Source: a virus
Taxonomy: Duplodnaviria; Caudoviricetes
Strand: one strand, 5' to 3'
Length of the DNA: 58,011 bases
IMG/VR virus record: IMGVR_UViG_3300033141_002284
Span: 1 to 58,011 of that record
Positions 1 through 7,732 of the stretch are shown one piece after another. The notes beneath the pieces are model-generated. The model was not told the DNA's origin. It made no database searches and saw only the letters and a list, made by a program, of their open reading frames with translations. Position numbers and translations under genes: made by a program. The first letter of the stretch is position 1; every line of letters begins with the position of its first letter.

Positions 1-50
1 TTGCCTCTGGTGCAAACAAATCCCTTTTAGCAAACTCAATAGCAAAGCGA
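1..50. repeat. Terminal 50-bp direct repeat (left copy); assembly circularisation overlap
   Basis: Bases 1-50 are identical to 57962-58011. Confidence 0.97.
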
Positions 51-700
51 ATCTTTTCTTTATATTTATTGGTTGCATCTAAGTATTCTTTTGCATATTT
101 CGGATTGCGTTTAACTTCCTTCTCAGTCGCTTTTTCTTTTTTCTCTGCTGCCCATTCGGCGGCTTTCGCCTGTCTTAATTCAGTATCAACAGCTCTTACG
201 GTTTCCTCACCCTTGATAATCTTTTCTACTCTTTCAGGTGCTTGTTCTTTTACCCGCTTGGCTCTTCTTACGCTTTTTCCTGATATTCCAAATTCTTTAG
301 CTACAGCATCAGTCGCTTGACGAGGATGAGGCCCTTTGGCCTCTACCTCACCAGTACGTCTATATTGAGATACTTTTTTCGCCTTGCTCTTTTTATATTG
401 TTCTTCAAACTCTGATAACATCTCAGTAGCCAACATAGCCCGCTGACTTGTATCAAGGTGTCGTCGCCGGATGTTCATAGAAATAACATAGCTTAAAGGA
501 TCATCGCCTTTATACTCTTCCATCAAAGACAATATCCCTAACTGCTCACAAGCTTTATAGCGATTCACACCATCAAGTATCTCGCCATTTACAGTAACAA
601 TCGGTTCAAGTTGTCCATGATCTTTTATATCCTGAACAAGCAGGTCAAACTCTTCCCCTTCGAGTATAGGGAAATACTTAGCTAATTTATGTATTTTCAT
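1..700 (-). CDS. ParB/Srx-like N-terminal domain protein with HTH-like region, 5' part (255 aa in total; continues across the circular junction)
   Basis: Not in ORF track. Translated by hand: MKIHKLAKYFPILEGEEFDLLVQDIKDHGQLEPIVTVNGEILDVVNRYKACEQLG...SMNIRRRHLDTSQRAMLA...VAKEFGISGKSVRRAKRV; GGGGG SD upstream. Confidence 0.8.
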   Translation of the reverse strand, partial: MKIHKLAKYFPILEGEEFDLLVQDIKDHGQLEPIVTVNGEILDGVNRYKACEQLGILSLMEEYKGDDPLSYVISMNIRRRHLDTSQRAMLATEMLSEFEEQYKKSKAKKVSQYRRTGEVEAKGPHPRQATDAVAKEFGISGKSVRRAKRVKEQAPERVEKIIKGEETVRAVDTELRQAKAAEWAAEKKEKATEKEVKRNPKYAKEYLDATNKYKEKIRFAIEFAKRDLFAPEA

Positions 701-813
701 ATCTGCCCCCTAAATAAAACGAGCCTCTTTGAAATTGGCTGGACATCTGCTAAAGATACCAATCTCGCCGAGGCTCTAAATATTCTATACTTTAATTTAT
801 AGCAAATGTCCAT
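697..813 (-). CDS. Putative leaderless 38-aa upstream ORF coupled (ATGA) to the ParB-like gene
   Basis: MDICYKLKYRIFRASARLVSLADVQPISKRLVLFRGQI*; ATG lies 2-3 nt after the predicted TSS. Confidence 0.4.
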   Translation of the reverse strand: MDICYKLKYRIFRASARLVSLADVQPISKRLVLFRGQI

Positions 814-815
814 CT
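715..815 (-). promoter_or_regulatory. Structured attenuator-like leader A
   Basis: GAGCCTC/GAGGCTC stem followed by GTTTTATTT; loop 740-752 is complementary to the 5' segment 800-812; homologous to the leader at 6237-6330. Confidence 0.6.
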
Positions 816-821
816 TCGGCA

Positions 822-850
822 ATGTTACCACATATCCGATTCTTTGTAAA
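822..850 (-). promoter_or_regulatory. Sigma70-type promoter
   Basis: TTTACA-17 bp-TAACAT with extended -10 TG. Confidence 0.65.
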
Positions 851-875
851 GCGGATATGGGTTTTTTATCCGATT

Positions 876-902
876 TTAATTGTAAAGCCGGTTTACAATT
901 AA
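876..902. repeat. Dispersed palindrome copy (TGTAAA-N5-TTTACA)
   Basis: ttaattgtaaa gccgg tttacaattaa; six further copies in the genome. Confidence 0.75.
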
Positions 903-903
903 T

Positions 904-1272
904 TTACCATGTAACGCTACCGGATGCCGTAGCTATAACATAAGCCCCGGTAGAAGTACTGGTTTTTAATAACGTTCCATCAACATAAATCTGTGCTGTC
1001 ACGGTGCCGCTACTCTGCTGATTTTGTGCCGATACATAAACAAATACATATCCATAAACTGGTTTATTAATTTCAAAAGAATAACTCCACGGTGTCGCCA
1101 TATCATCAAATTGTGAAACACCACCATTTTCGTTTTCAATAGTTAAATCAACTAGCCCGGTAGTGCAAGTTACTTTATATTCAACTTGTTTCGGCCCTGT
1201 ATTTATCTCTTCCAATTCGCATGACAAAATCAGTACCATTATAGATAACACAATAATAATTATCTTGCGCAT
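904..1272 (-). CDS. Lipoprotein with MmpS-like Ig domain
   Basis: Signal peptide ending LILSC; VEYKVT...PWSYSF...VSAQN...VTAQIYVDG pattern. Confidence 0.65.
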   Translation of the reverse strand: MRKIIIIVLSIMVLILSCELEEINTGPKQVEYKVTCTTGLVDLTIENENGGVSQFDDMATPWSYSFEINKPVYGYVFVYVSAQNQQSSGTVTAQIYVDGTLLKTSTSTGAYVIATASGSVTW

Positions 1273-1332
1273 AAACTACCTCCTATCACACATTATTTTT
1301 AAGTACCAATAGTACTTTTATTAACTCCCCTT

Positions 1333-2088
1333 TTAAACAAAAAGCTTTTTTTGCGATACTGAAAGTATTTTTTCTCTAGCATCTTTAACAAAGTTTTTTT
1401 TAATCTCAAATCCATAAGCCCGCCTATTTAGATTTTTTGCTGCTAATAAAGATACTCCTGATCCAGCAACCGGATCTATTACAACTTCATTCTCATCAGT
1501 AAAAATAGATATAATATCTTCAAGAAGTCCTATGGGTTTTTGAGTTGGATGCACCTTTGCTGTTTCAGTATCACGTTTCCAATCCATACAATTAAAAATC
1601 ATTCTGCCATTATTATTAAATTTGGGTAATTTATCTCGATAAAATAATAATCCGTATTCACAATTTCCGACAATTCGCATATTAGCTTTTAATACCTGGG
1701 CGGAAAAGTTTTTCCTAAACACAAGATTTATATAGTTAGGCAATCCGTGTTTTTTTGCTATTTCTATCAGTGTGAATTGCTGTTCAAAAGAACAAAACAC
1801 AAGCATAGCCGGAGCCATCCCTTTGCCCTTCGGTTCTTTTTTCAGCATTTTGCTACAAAAATGAAAAAATTCATATAAATTAAAATGTTCATCGGTATCA
1901 AAAAATGCTTTCCCAGCAAGTTTACTCTCCCCTTTTTTGTTATCGCCATCAATATACCATGATGGATTACTGCCATAGGCATTTTTGGCTATATTAAATG
2001 GGATGTCAGCCAAAACGAGTTGAGCCTTAGGAATGTTGTAGCGCTTATAATTTTGAAAATGATCATTGAACAATTCAATTCTATTCAT
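1333..2088 (-). CDS. DNA N4-cytosine/N6-adenine methyltransferase (beta class)
   Basis: DIPF catalytic motif, HPTQKP, VIDPVAGSG SAM-binding motif. Confidence 0.9.
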   Translation of the reverse strand: MNRIELFNDHFQNYKRYNIPKAQLVLADIPFNIAKNAYGSNPSWYIDGDNKKGESKLAGKAFFDTDEHFNLYEFFHFCSKMLKKEPKGKGMAPAMLVFCSFEQQFTLIEIAKKHGLPNYINLVFRKNFSAQVLKANMRIVGNCEYGLLFYRDKLPKFNNNGRMIFNCMDWKRDTETAKVHPTQKPIGLLEDIISIFTDENEVVIDPVAGSGVSLLAAKNLNRRAYGFEIKKNFVKDAREKILSVSQKKLFV

Positions 2089-2250
2089 CTATCAATCGCT
2101 TATTATTTGGCTTGCTGCCCTCCTATTTCTTATCATCTTTTTTCGGGTCATAAATAACTATTTGCCAGGCTTCTTGCTTGTAATAATCTTTATTCTCAGT
2201 AACATATGCTCTATCAATCCGAGTTGTTTTCCATCCGGGAAAAGCTTTCT

Positions 2251-2646
2251 CTACCCTTTTAGTAACTTCTTTAATGTCCATTTTGTCCTCCTGTTTTGTT
2301 TTCCCTTTATAAATAAAAGTGCTGGATTTAAAGTAGTACCCTTTTTGTTTGCCTTTCCGCCTTCATCGCCTATTTGTTGATCAATATTCCATTTCCGCCT
2401 GAACTCTTCGCCTCTTGAATGACACTGTCCAACCATAGATGCTACACATCCAGCCATAAAACCAGTTATCCCACCAGCTTTGCTTTCATCATCTGCTCGA
2501 CAAATAATTTTATGACAATCAAATTCGCCCGGTTCTTCATCGAGTATTTCCATAACTCGGTGAGCTACTCTAACGCAAGCCCCACCATAAGGATCATCAT
2601 TAATCTTAACATGTTTATCCCATTTTTCTTGTTCAATAATCGGCAT
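2251..2646 (-). CDS. Hypothetical phage protein
   Basis: 131-aa ORF with GGGGGG SD. Confidence 0.6.
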   Translation of the reverse strand: MPIIEQEKWDKHVKINDDPYGGACVRVAHRVMEILDEEPGEFDCHKIICRADDESKAGGITGFMAGCVASMVGQCHSRGEEFRRKWNIDQQIGDEGGKANKKGTTLNPALLFIKGKQNRRTKWTLKKLLKG

Positions 2647-2761
2647 CTTCCCCCCCTAAAAGCGCCGGGGCAGCAATCAATCACCTGGGAGACATTCCGC
2701 ACACCCCGGCATAAATATTATCTTACCTGGTATTGAGCCAACGGCTATGCCAGGATTTTTC

Positions 2762-2999
2762 TTAATCATCCATAAGCCCCATACCCTTCTGATATGTTCG
2801 CTCAATCGCCTGCCGCTTCAACTTCCGCACCTGGCTGTTTGTCAGCCTTTTCCGGTTGCTCACTACATGAGTGAGCAGAATCCGTTTCCCGCACTTCGGG
2901 CATTTACCGAGCAGTTCCCCGGCCAGTGATAAAGCGGAAATTGCAGTCCTCGGAGTCGAACTCAGTTCTGCAATATTTATACGGGCAGGTTATCTTCAT
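2762..2999 (-). pseudogene. Zinc-ribbon protein split by a +1 frameshift
   Basis: MKITCPYKYCRTEFDSEDCNFR in frame 0; LSLAGELLGKCPKCGKRILL...GLMDD* continues in the +1 frame. Confidence 0.5.
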
Positions 3000-3259
3000 G
3001 GTCTTTTCCAATTCGATTTATCCAGACATTCAATAGCGGCCACAACAACCGCAGCGACTTCAATAAGTTCTTTTCGATAATCCGAATAATCACCTGTTAT
3101 TCCATAGCCAGGAAAATGAGCTTCAAGAGCTCCCTTGCAAGCCTCTCCGTATTCCTCACCGAGAATTGCAAGCCATTCCATCGGGTGATGATTCTGCTCT
3201 CCCCATTTTTTATCTTGTCGATTTCGTTCGTTACGGATGTCCTGTAATATTTTTTCCAT
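2996..3259 (-). CDS. MazG-like NTP pyrophosphohydrolase
   Basis: ERNRQDKKWGEQNH, WLAILGEEYGEA, RKELIEVAAVVVAAIE. Confidence 0.75.
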   Translation of the reverse strand: MEKILQDIRNERNRQDKKWGEQNHHPMEWLAILGEEYGEACKGALEAHFPGYGITGDYSDYRKELIEVAAVVVAAIECLDKSNWKRP

Positions 3260-3287
3260 CCCTCTACACCTCCTATAAAACATAATC

Positions 3288-3365
3288 TAGCAAAGGCCCG
3301 AATCGAACGGGCTTCTTCGAATACATAGTGCTATAAGACGTGGGAACCATTTCCACCACCCTGCT
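3288..3365 (-). ncRNA. tRNA-like RNA with non-canonical anticodon arm
   Basis: Acceptor AGCAGGG/CTTTGCT, D arm GTGG-AAATGGTTC-CCAC, T arm GCCCG-TTCGATT-CGGGC; middle arm TCTT-17nt-AAGA. Confidence 0.65.
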
Positions 3366-3437
3366 ACCGGCAGTGCACCTATCACGTGCCTGTTTATATA
3401 CCGCCTGCCAACGGTTCAATCGCCAACGGCGACTGTT

Positions 3438-3752
3438 TTATTGCTTTTTATCAATCTCGCCTATTATTCTATTAAGCCTGTCCGCCAATATTCCACAAGG
3501 CATAGACCCCTCATGCCTTCTGCCAGAGTGTATTTCTATTGCCGTCTTTTCCGCTGTTCTGCATATCTCAAGCAAATCATCGCGTTGTTTCTCGACCTCA
3601 TCAAATTCTTTTAGTACCTGTTTCATTTCAGTTTCCAGCTCAGTTATTCGATTGTTGAAAACAATAAGAGCTTTATCTCTGTCGTTATATAGGCTTTTCC
3701 ATAACCATCTCTGCAAGTCAATAGCTATTTTCTTTGCATCTTTCAATTCCAT
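3438..3752 (-). CDS. Hypothetical coiled-coil protein
   Basis: ORF with SD; N-terminus resembles the adjacent gene (LKDAKKI..DL / NRITELE). Confidence 0.6.
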   Translation of the reverse strand: MELKDAKKIAIDLQRWLWKSLYNDRDKALIVFNNRITELETEMKQVLKEFDEVEKQRDDLLEICRTAEKTAIEIHSGRRHEGSMPCGILADRLNRIIGEIDKKQ

Positions 3753-4139
3753 CTATTCCTCCTTGCCTCTATTTAGATGCTCAATCGCATTAAGATTGGC
3801 TTCCTTGCGTCTAATGGTTTGCGTTAAAGTCTTAACTTTTGCCTTAAGCTCGGTTACCTGTTTTTTCATGTGTGACAAAGGATGATGAGGACATTTTTCA
3901 ATATGTTGTTTTAATATATCAGCCATTGCTACGGGCGTATTTTTTCTTGGGCCATATCTATGTCCGCAATAAACACAATTGATATACATTCCGCTTTGCA
4001 AATCATTCACCCATGCCTCAAGCTCGGTTATTCGATCATCTAAAATGACGGCAGCTTCACATACGCTTGGCAGATATAAAGATATGATTTTTTCTGATCG
4101 TAAATCATTTGATAGTTTTCTTGCCTCTTTTAACTTCAT
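3753..4139 (-). CDS. Hypothetical protein with C2H2/C2HC Zn-finger-like motif
   Basis: CVYCGHRY...LKQHIEKCPHHP. Confidence 0.65.
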   Translation of the reverse strand: MKLKEARKLSNDLRSEKIISLYLPSVCEAAVILDDRITELEAWVNDLQSGMYINCVYCGHRYGPRKNTPVAMADILKQHIEKCPHHPLSHMKKQVTELKAKVKTLTQTIRRKEANLNAIEHLNRGKEE

Positions 4140-4151
4140 GCTATTGCTCCT

Positions 4152-4379
4152 TCATCCGTATTTTGGATTAAGATGCTGATCTCCTAACATTTCACGTACA
4201 ATAAACACATGATTCATGTCACAATCAGCACCGAGAATGTCGAACCTTTTACTGCCCATACGCCGATTAAATAACCCGGCAAAAGCATCAGCTTGGTCTT
4301 TGGTTCTAAAACCGCCGACAATATCAACTCCACAATAATCACAACCCGTGTCTATCAATATCCATCTGCTTTTTTCCAT
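4152..4379 (-). CDS. Hypothetical protein
   Basis: ORF with AGGAG SD. Confidence 0.55.
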   Translation of the reverse strand: MEKSRWILIDTGCDYCGVDIVGGFRTKDQADAFAGLFNRRMGSKRFDILGADCDMNHVFIVREMLGDQHLNPKYG

Positions 4380-4380
4380 G

Positions 4381-4557
4381 TTATTGCTCCTTTGCTCTTT
4401 GGGCTATCATGGTATCGGCTATTTCAATTAAAGATTTATCTCCCGTGCCTGCCACTTCCCTAATAAATTCAGTCATACCAGTATCATACATTTCACGACA
4501 AAACGCCGCCCCACCTGTTTCTTTTCTGTCGTCTGTTTTATCTTCATAGTTATTCAT
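4381..4557 (-). CDS. Hypothetical protein, paralog of 4570-4770
   Basis: Translated by hand, 58 aa: MNNYEDK...ETGGAAFC...EIADTMIAQRAKEQ. Confidence 0.6.
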   Translation of the reverse strand: MNNYEDKTDDRKETGGAAFCREMYDTGMTEFIREVAGTGDKSLIEIADTMIAQRAKEQ

Positions 4558-4569
4558 CCCTTCATCCCT

Positions 4570-4770
4570 CTACCCTCTCTCTGCTATCATGGCATCAGCT
4601 ATGTTGTAGGCTACTCCAGCAATCTTTTTCCATTCACTCCAAACCGCATCCGGTACTAAACTCTGCATAGCCTTAGCTGCGAAATAGTCTCGTAGCGACA
4701 TACCCTCCCATTCCGGGCCTTCAACGAAACCCGGAAACGCCGCCCCACCTGTTTTGTCTTCTGTGTTCAT
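4570..4770 (-). CDS. Conserved small phage protein (TGGAAFP/GMSLRDYFAAKAMQ family)
   Basis: Widespread phage motif GMSLRDYFAAKAMQ...AYNIADAMIAER. Confidence 0.75.
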   Translation of the reverse strand: MNTEDKTGGAAFPGFVEGPEWEGMSLRDYFAAKAMQSLVPDAVWSEWKKIAGVAYNIADAMIAERG

Positions 4771-4801
4771 CCCCTTATTCTCCTTCACCAATTTTACAAC
4801 A

Positions 4802-5410
4802 TTACTCCTCAATCCTGCTTAATGCCTTTTCCAATTCACTTCTTGCCTTGTCGATTTCACCATCGGCCAAATTCATAATAGCCTGCCGGATATATTTCTC
4901 AAATTGATTAAAATAATTAAACAACATTTTTATATCTTCTTTAGCAGTTTCATCTTCATAGCTATTTAAATCGATTTGTTCTTTTAGCGATAAGTAAAGT
5001 TCATTCTCAACCTTCTTGTTTTTTTTATCGGTATTATCCTGTATTAGTTTTTGCTGCCATTTTTCAACAGCCGCTTTTTTTGCATCCTTAATCCATTTGT
5101 TGAAATCTTCTTGAGTTTTACCAACTGCCATAACAAACTTAATCCATTTTGAAATAGTCGGTGTAGATCGGCCCGTAATGATAGCAACCCTATTCATGGA
5201 TACAACGGCTGGTTCATTCTTTTTCGGTCGGCCAGCCCTAGCTCCGCCGCCCTCAAGTTCAGGATACATTCCCAAAACAGCTAATCCCTTCTGCCACATT
5301 CCGCATCTTTCCAGTACAAATAAATCGGCCATCTTGCCGCCGCCTTCAGCCAGGGTATAAGTATCAATCTCATTTATTCGATTTAATAAATCTTGCTCAG
5401 TTTTTGTCAT
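4802..5410 (-). CDS. Hypothetical protein, possible HTH DNA-binding
   Basis: SMNRVAIITGRSTPTISKWI. Confidence 0.55.
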   Translation of the reverse strand: MTKTEQDLLNRINEIDTYTLAEGGGKMADLFVLERCGMWQKGLAVLGMYPELEGGGARAGRPKKNEPAVVSMNRVAIITGRSTPTISKWIKFVMAVGKTQEDFNKWIKDAKKAAVEKWQQKLIQDNTDKKNKKVENELYLSLKEQIDLNSYEDETAKEDIKMLFNYFNQFEKYIRQAIMNLADGEIDKARSELEKALSRIEE

Positions 5411-5843
5411 TCATTTTTCCCCTTTTCTTATTGCCTTGACAACATCCATATATTCAACACCTACCATATCAGCAGTCATTTGTATAAGCCAAACTGTTGA
5501 TTTATCCGAATATAATTTTGCATTATCTTTCCAAAGTTGATATAGTTTATTCATCGGCTTTTTTTTTCATCCTGGAATTGGTCATAAATACAATAGGCAT
5601 AACTTAATCCTAGAAGTAAAATTATAATAATAACGGCTATTTCCATAATCGCCTCCTATATCCAACCTATAACATTCAATATTATTAGCAATACGCAAAT
5701 AGATAATATAAATAAGGTTGTACAAGCGAAAATTCCGAATCCTATAGAAACTTTTTCAAACCAATCCATTAAATCCTCCACTAAAAATCCAAAAACCGAA
5801 AAAATCCCAACTAATTGCTTTCATTTCTACCTCTCCTATTATT

Positions 5844-6221
5844 TTATTCTATTACGAAATAAGGCATACTACCCGGTAGAAGACTCCACATTGGTTTTGG
5901 TAAACAGTATTTTACTTTATCTATTGCTATACCAAGCACAACTAATTGTTCCATTATTTGATGAAGACCAGTCCATTGATCTCCGTTTTTATTATCGCAT
6001 GCATTTAAAAAGCTCATTCCTCCTCCAGTTTCTTTTTGAAAAGCATCTGGTAATTGTTTGAGCATTTTATAAATATCGTCTTTGTATTTTTTTATTCTTT
6101 CTGGATGAAAGCCAAATATATTCACTATCCCTTCGGCTTTTATATAACTTTGAGTTGATTCTTCATTTTCACAAAGACAATTATTAAAAACAATCTCTAC
6201 ATTCCTAGCTGTCAATTCCAT
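5844..6221 (-). CDS. Conserved hypothetical phage protein
   Basis: GGGMSFLNAC...QWTG...LPGSMPYFVI; strong GGAGG SD. Confidence 0.7.
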   Translation of the reverse strand: MELTARNVEIVFNNCLCENEESTQSYIKAEGIVNIFGFHPERIKKYKDDIYKMLKQLPDAFQKETGGGMSFLNACDNKNGDQWTGLHQIMEQLVVLGIAIDKVKYCLPKPMWSLLPGSMPYFVIE

Positions 6222-6236
6222 ATCTATCCCTCCTAT

Positions 6237-6330
6237 AAAAAAAGCTCTCGCAAATTCGGCTAAACGTCAGGCTAAAGACACCAAATCTTTGAGAGCTTCT
6301 TATTATCATTATTAAGCCTGACATTCATAA
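6237..6330 (-). promoter_or_regulatory. Structured attenuator-like leader B with 18-aa leaderless uORF (6272-6328)
   Basis: AAGCTCTC/GAGAGCTT stem plus T7; loop 6262-6273 complementary to 6315-6326; uORF MNVRLNNDNKKLSKIWCL*. Confidence 0.6.
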
Positions 6331-6335
6331 TTTGC

Positions 6336-6364
6336 ATTGTACCATATATCCGATTTATTGTAAA
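6336..6364 (-). promoter_or_regulatory. Sigma70-type promoter
   Basis: TTTACA-17 bp-TACAAT with TG. Confidence 0.7.
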
Positions 6365-6371
6365 GTAGTTT

Positions 6372-7103
6372 TTACATCGGATATTCTTGTATAAGTTCCT
6401 TCCCCCATATTTCTTTTAAACTGTCCTTGAGAAATACAGGAATATTTACAAACTGGCAATAATCAACAATCTCAGTTATACACTCTCGCTTAGGGATAAT
6501 CTTGCCTTTACGATTACCAGTTTCTGCGCCAATAATTACCCAGTCTGGACTAATATAGAATTCTATGCGTTCCAGCAATGGTTCAAAAGAAAGAAAGATT
6601 GTATAATCCTCATCGTCCCACGTTGTATCGAAGATCAAATCAGCAAATGCGTCCATCATAGATTGATCAGTGATTGTCGTTCCCAGCCAACAGTTTAATG
6701 GAAAAACATAACATGAATATATTGATGGTGTTTTGGTTAGAAACTGGAATATATGTTCAGGATGTTTTTTAATCTTATCCAATACCCTATGCATCCATTC
6801 TCTATCCCACCAGCAAATATCGCTCATACTATCAACAAATATTCGACTTGGTTTTTTAGGAAAGGCTCTATCAAAATTACTATAAAGAAATGTAGGCTCG
6901 AAGTTTTTCAATTTCTTATATAATTCCAACCATTCTTTAGGTCTTTCTTCTCCTGAATATAAATAATTGATTTCCTTATTTGCAATTTGTCGAGCAATTC
7001 TTTTTGCTATTTTTCGAGCATAACAGTAAGAACAGTTATTCCGACATCCCCATACTGGATTCCAAGTATAATCACACCAGTCGATTTTAGTTTTATTTAT
7101 CAT
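6372..7103 (-). CDS. Phage Gp37/Gp68 (DUF5131) radical-SAM-like protein
   Basis: TKIDWCDYTWNPVWGCRNNCSYCYA, IFVDSMSD, FQFLTK, FLSFEPLL, WVIIGAETG. Confidence 0.9.
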   Translation of the reverse strand: MINKTKIDWCDYTWNPVWGCRNNCSYCYARKIAKRIARQIANKEINYLYSGEERPKEWLELYKKLKNFEPTFLYSNFDRAFPKKPSRIFVDSMSDICWWDREWMHRVLDKIKKHPEHIFQFLTKTPSIYSCYVFPLNCWLGTTITDQSMMDAFADLIFDTTWDDEDYTIFLSFEPLLERIEFYISPDWVIIGAETGNRKGKIIPKRECITEIVDYCQFVNIPVFLKDSLKEIWGKELIQEYPM

Positions 7104-7117
7104 TATTCCCTCGCATT

Positions 7118-7140
7118 ATTCGTAAACTGGCTTTACAATT
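7118..7140. repeat. Dispersed palindrome copy
   Basis: attcgtaaa ctggc tttacaatt. Confidence 0.65.
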
Positions 7141-7191
7141 AAAAAACGGCTGCCGACAGGGAAAAGGTAAGGATCGGAAAAGTCGACAGCC
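7141..7191 (-). terminator. Large-loop intrinsic terminator or sRNA hairpin
   Basis: GGCTGTCGAC...GTCGGCAGCC followed by GTTTTTT. Confidence 0.55.
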
Positions 7192-7214
7192 ATAGGAGGT
7201 ACTTTAAACATACC

Positions 7215-7388
7215 CTATTTTTTTTCCGGTTTCAACGATAAAATTTTTGGATCTAGCGTATCGATCGATAATTGAATCTTATCGCCATACTCCAATTTGT
7301 TCTGCTCTATCCAGCTTTTCGGCAAGGTGATCTCATAACCGCGAGGCCCTCGCTGCCTCAAACTGAAGGTATTGATTGTATATTGCAT
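7215..7388 (-). CDS. AbrB/MazE-family DNA-binding protein
   Basis: Translated by hand, 57 aa: ...RGYEITLPKSWIEQNKLEYGDKIQL...; AGGAG SD. Confidence 0.7.
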   Translation of the reverse strand: MQYTINTFSLRQRGPRGYEITLPKSWIEQNKLEYGDKIQLSIDTLDPKILSLKPEKK

Positions 7389-7498
7389 AATGCTTCTCCT
7401 TTAAAATATAAAATATCTAACAGGCTTTAAAAATCGCCTGTATAGTACCTGCATGTACCCATATTAAACTTTATTTCCAATCCTACCAATAGACTTGT

Positions 7499-7732
7499 TC
7501 ATGATAATTTAGCCTTAATTTCTTCATTTTCTTCTATCAATTTTCGCACTAATTTCTCTAATGTTAAAATACTTTCATGACTATATTCTATAGGTCTTTT
7601 CGGATACCGGCGCATCATTTGACCAAGCGATTCCTGGACTAATTCCGAAAAAGACCGGTTATCCAGCTTACAATAATCTATAGCCGTATTATATAAATCT
7701 TCATCTATTGAAATTCTTTTTCTAATCTTCAT
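7499..7732 (-). CDS. Ribbon-helix-helix (CopG-like) regulator
   Basis: RKRISIDEDLYNTAIDYCKLDNRSFSELVQESL. Confidence 0.7.
   Translation of the reverse strand: MKIRKRISIDEDLYNTAIDYCKLDNRSFSELVQESLGQMMRRYPKRPIEYSHESILTLEKLVRKLIEENEEIKAKLS

Noticed and set aside
1-50. Biological direct terminal repeat of the virion DNA
   Set aside because: It falls inside a continuous ORF and is most simply an assembler overlap
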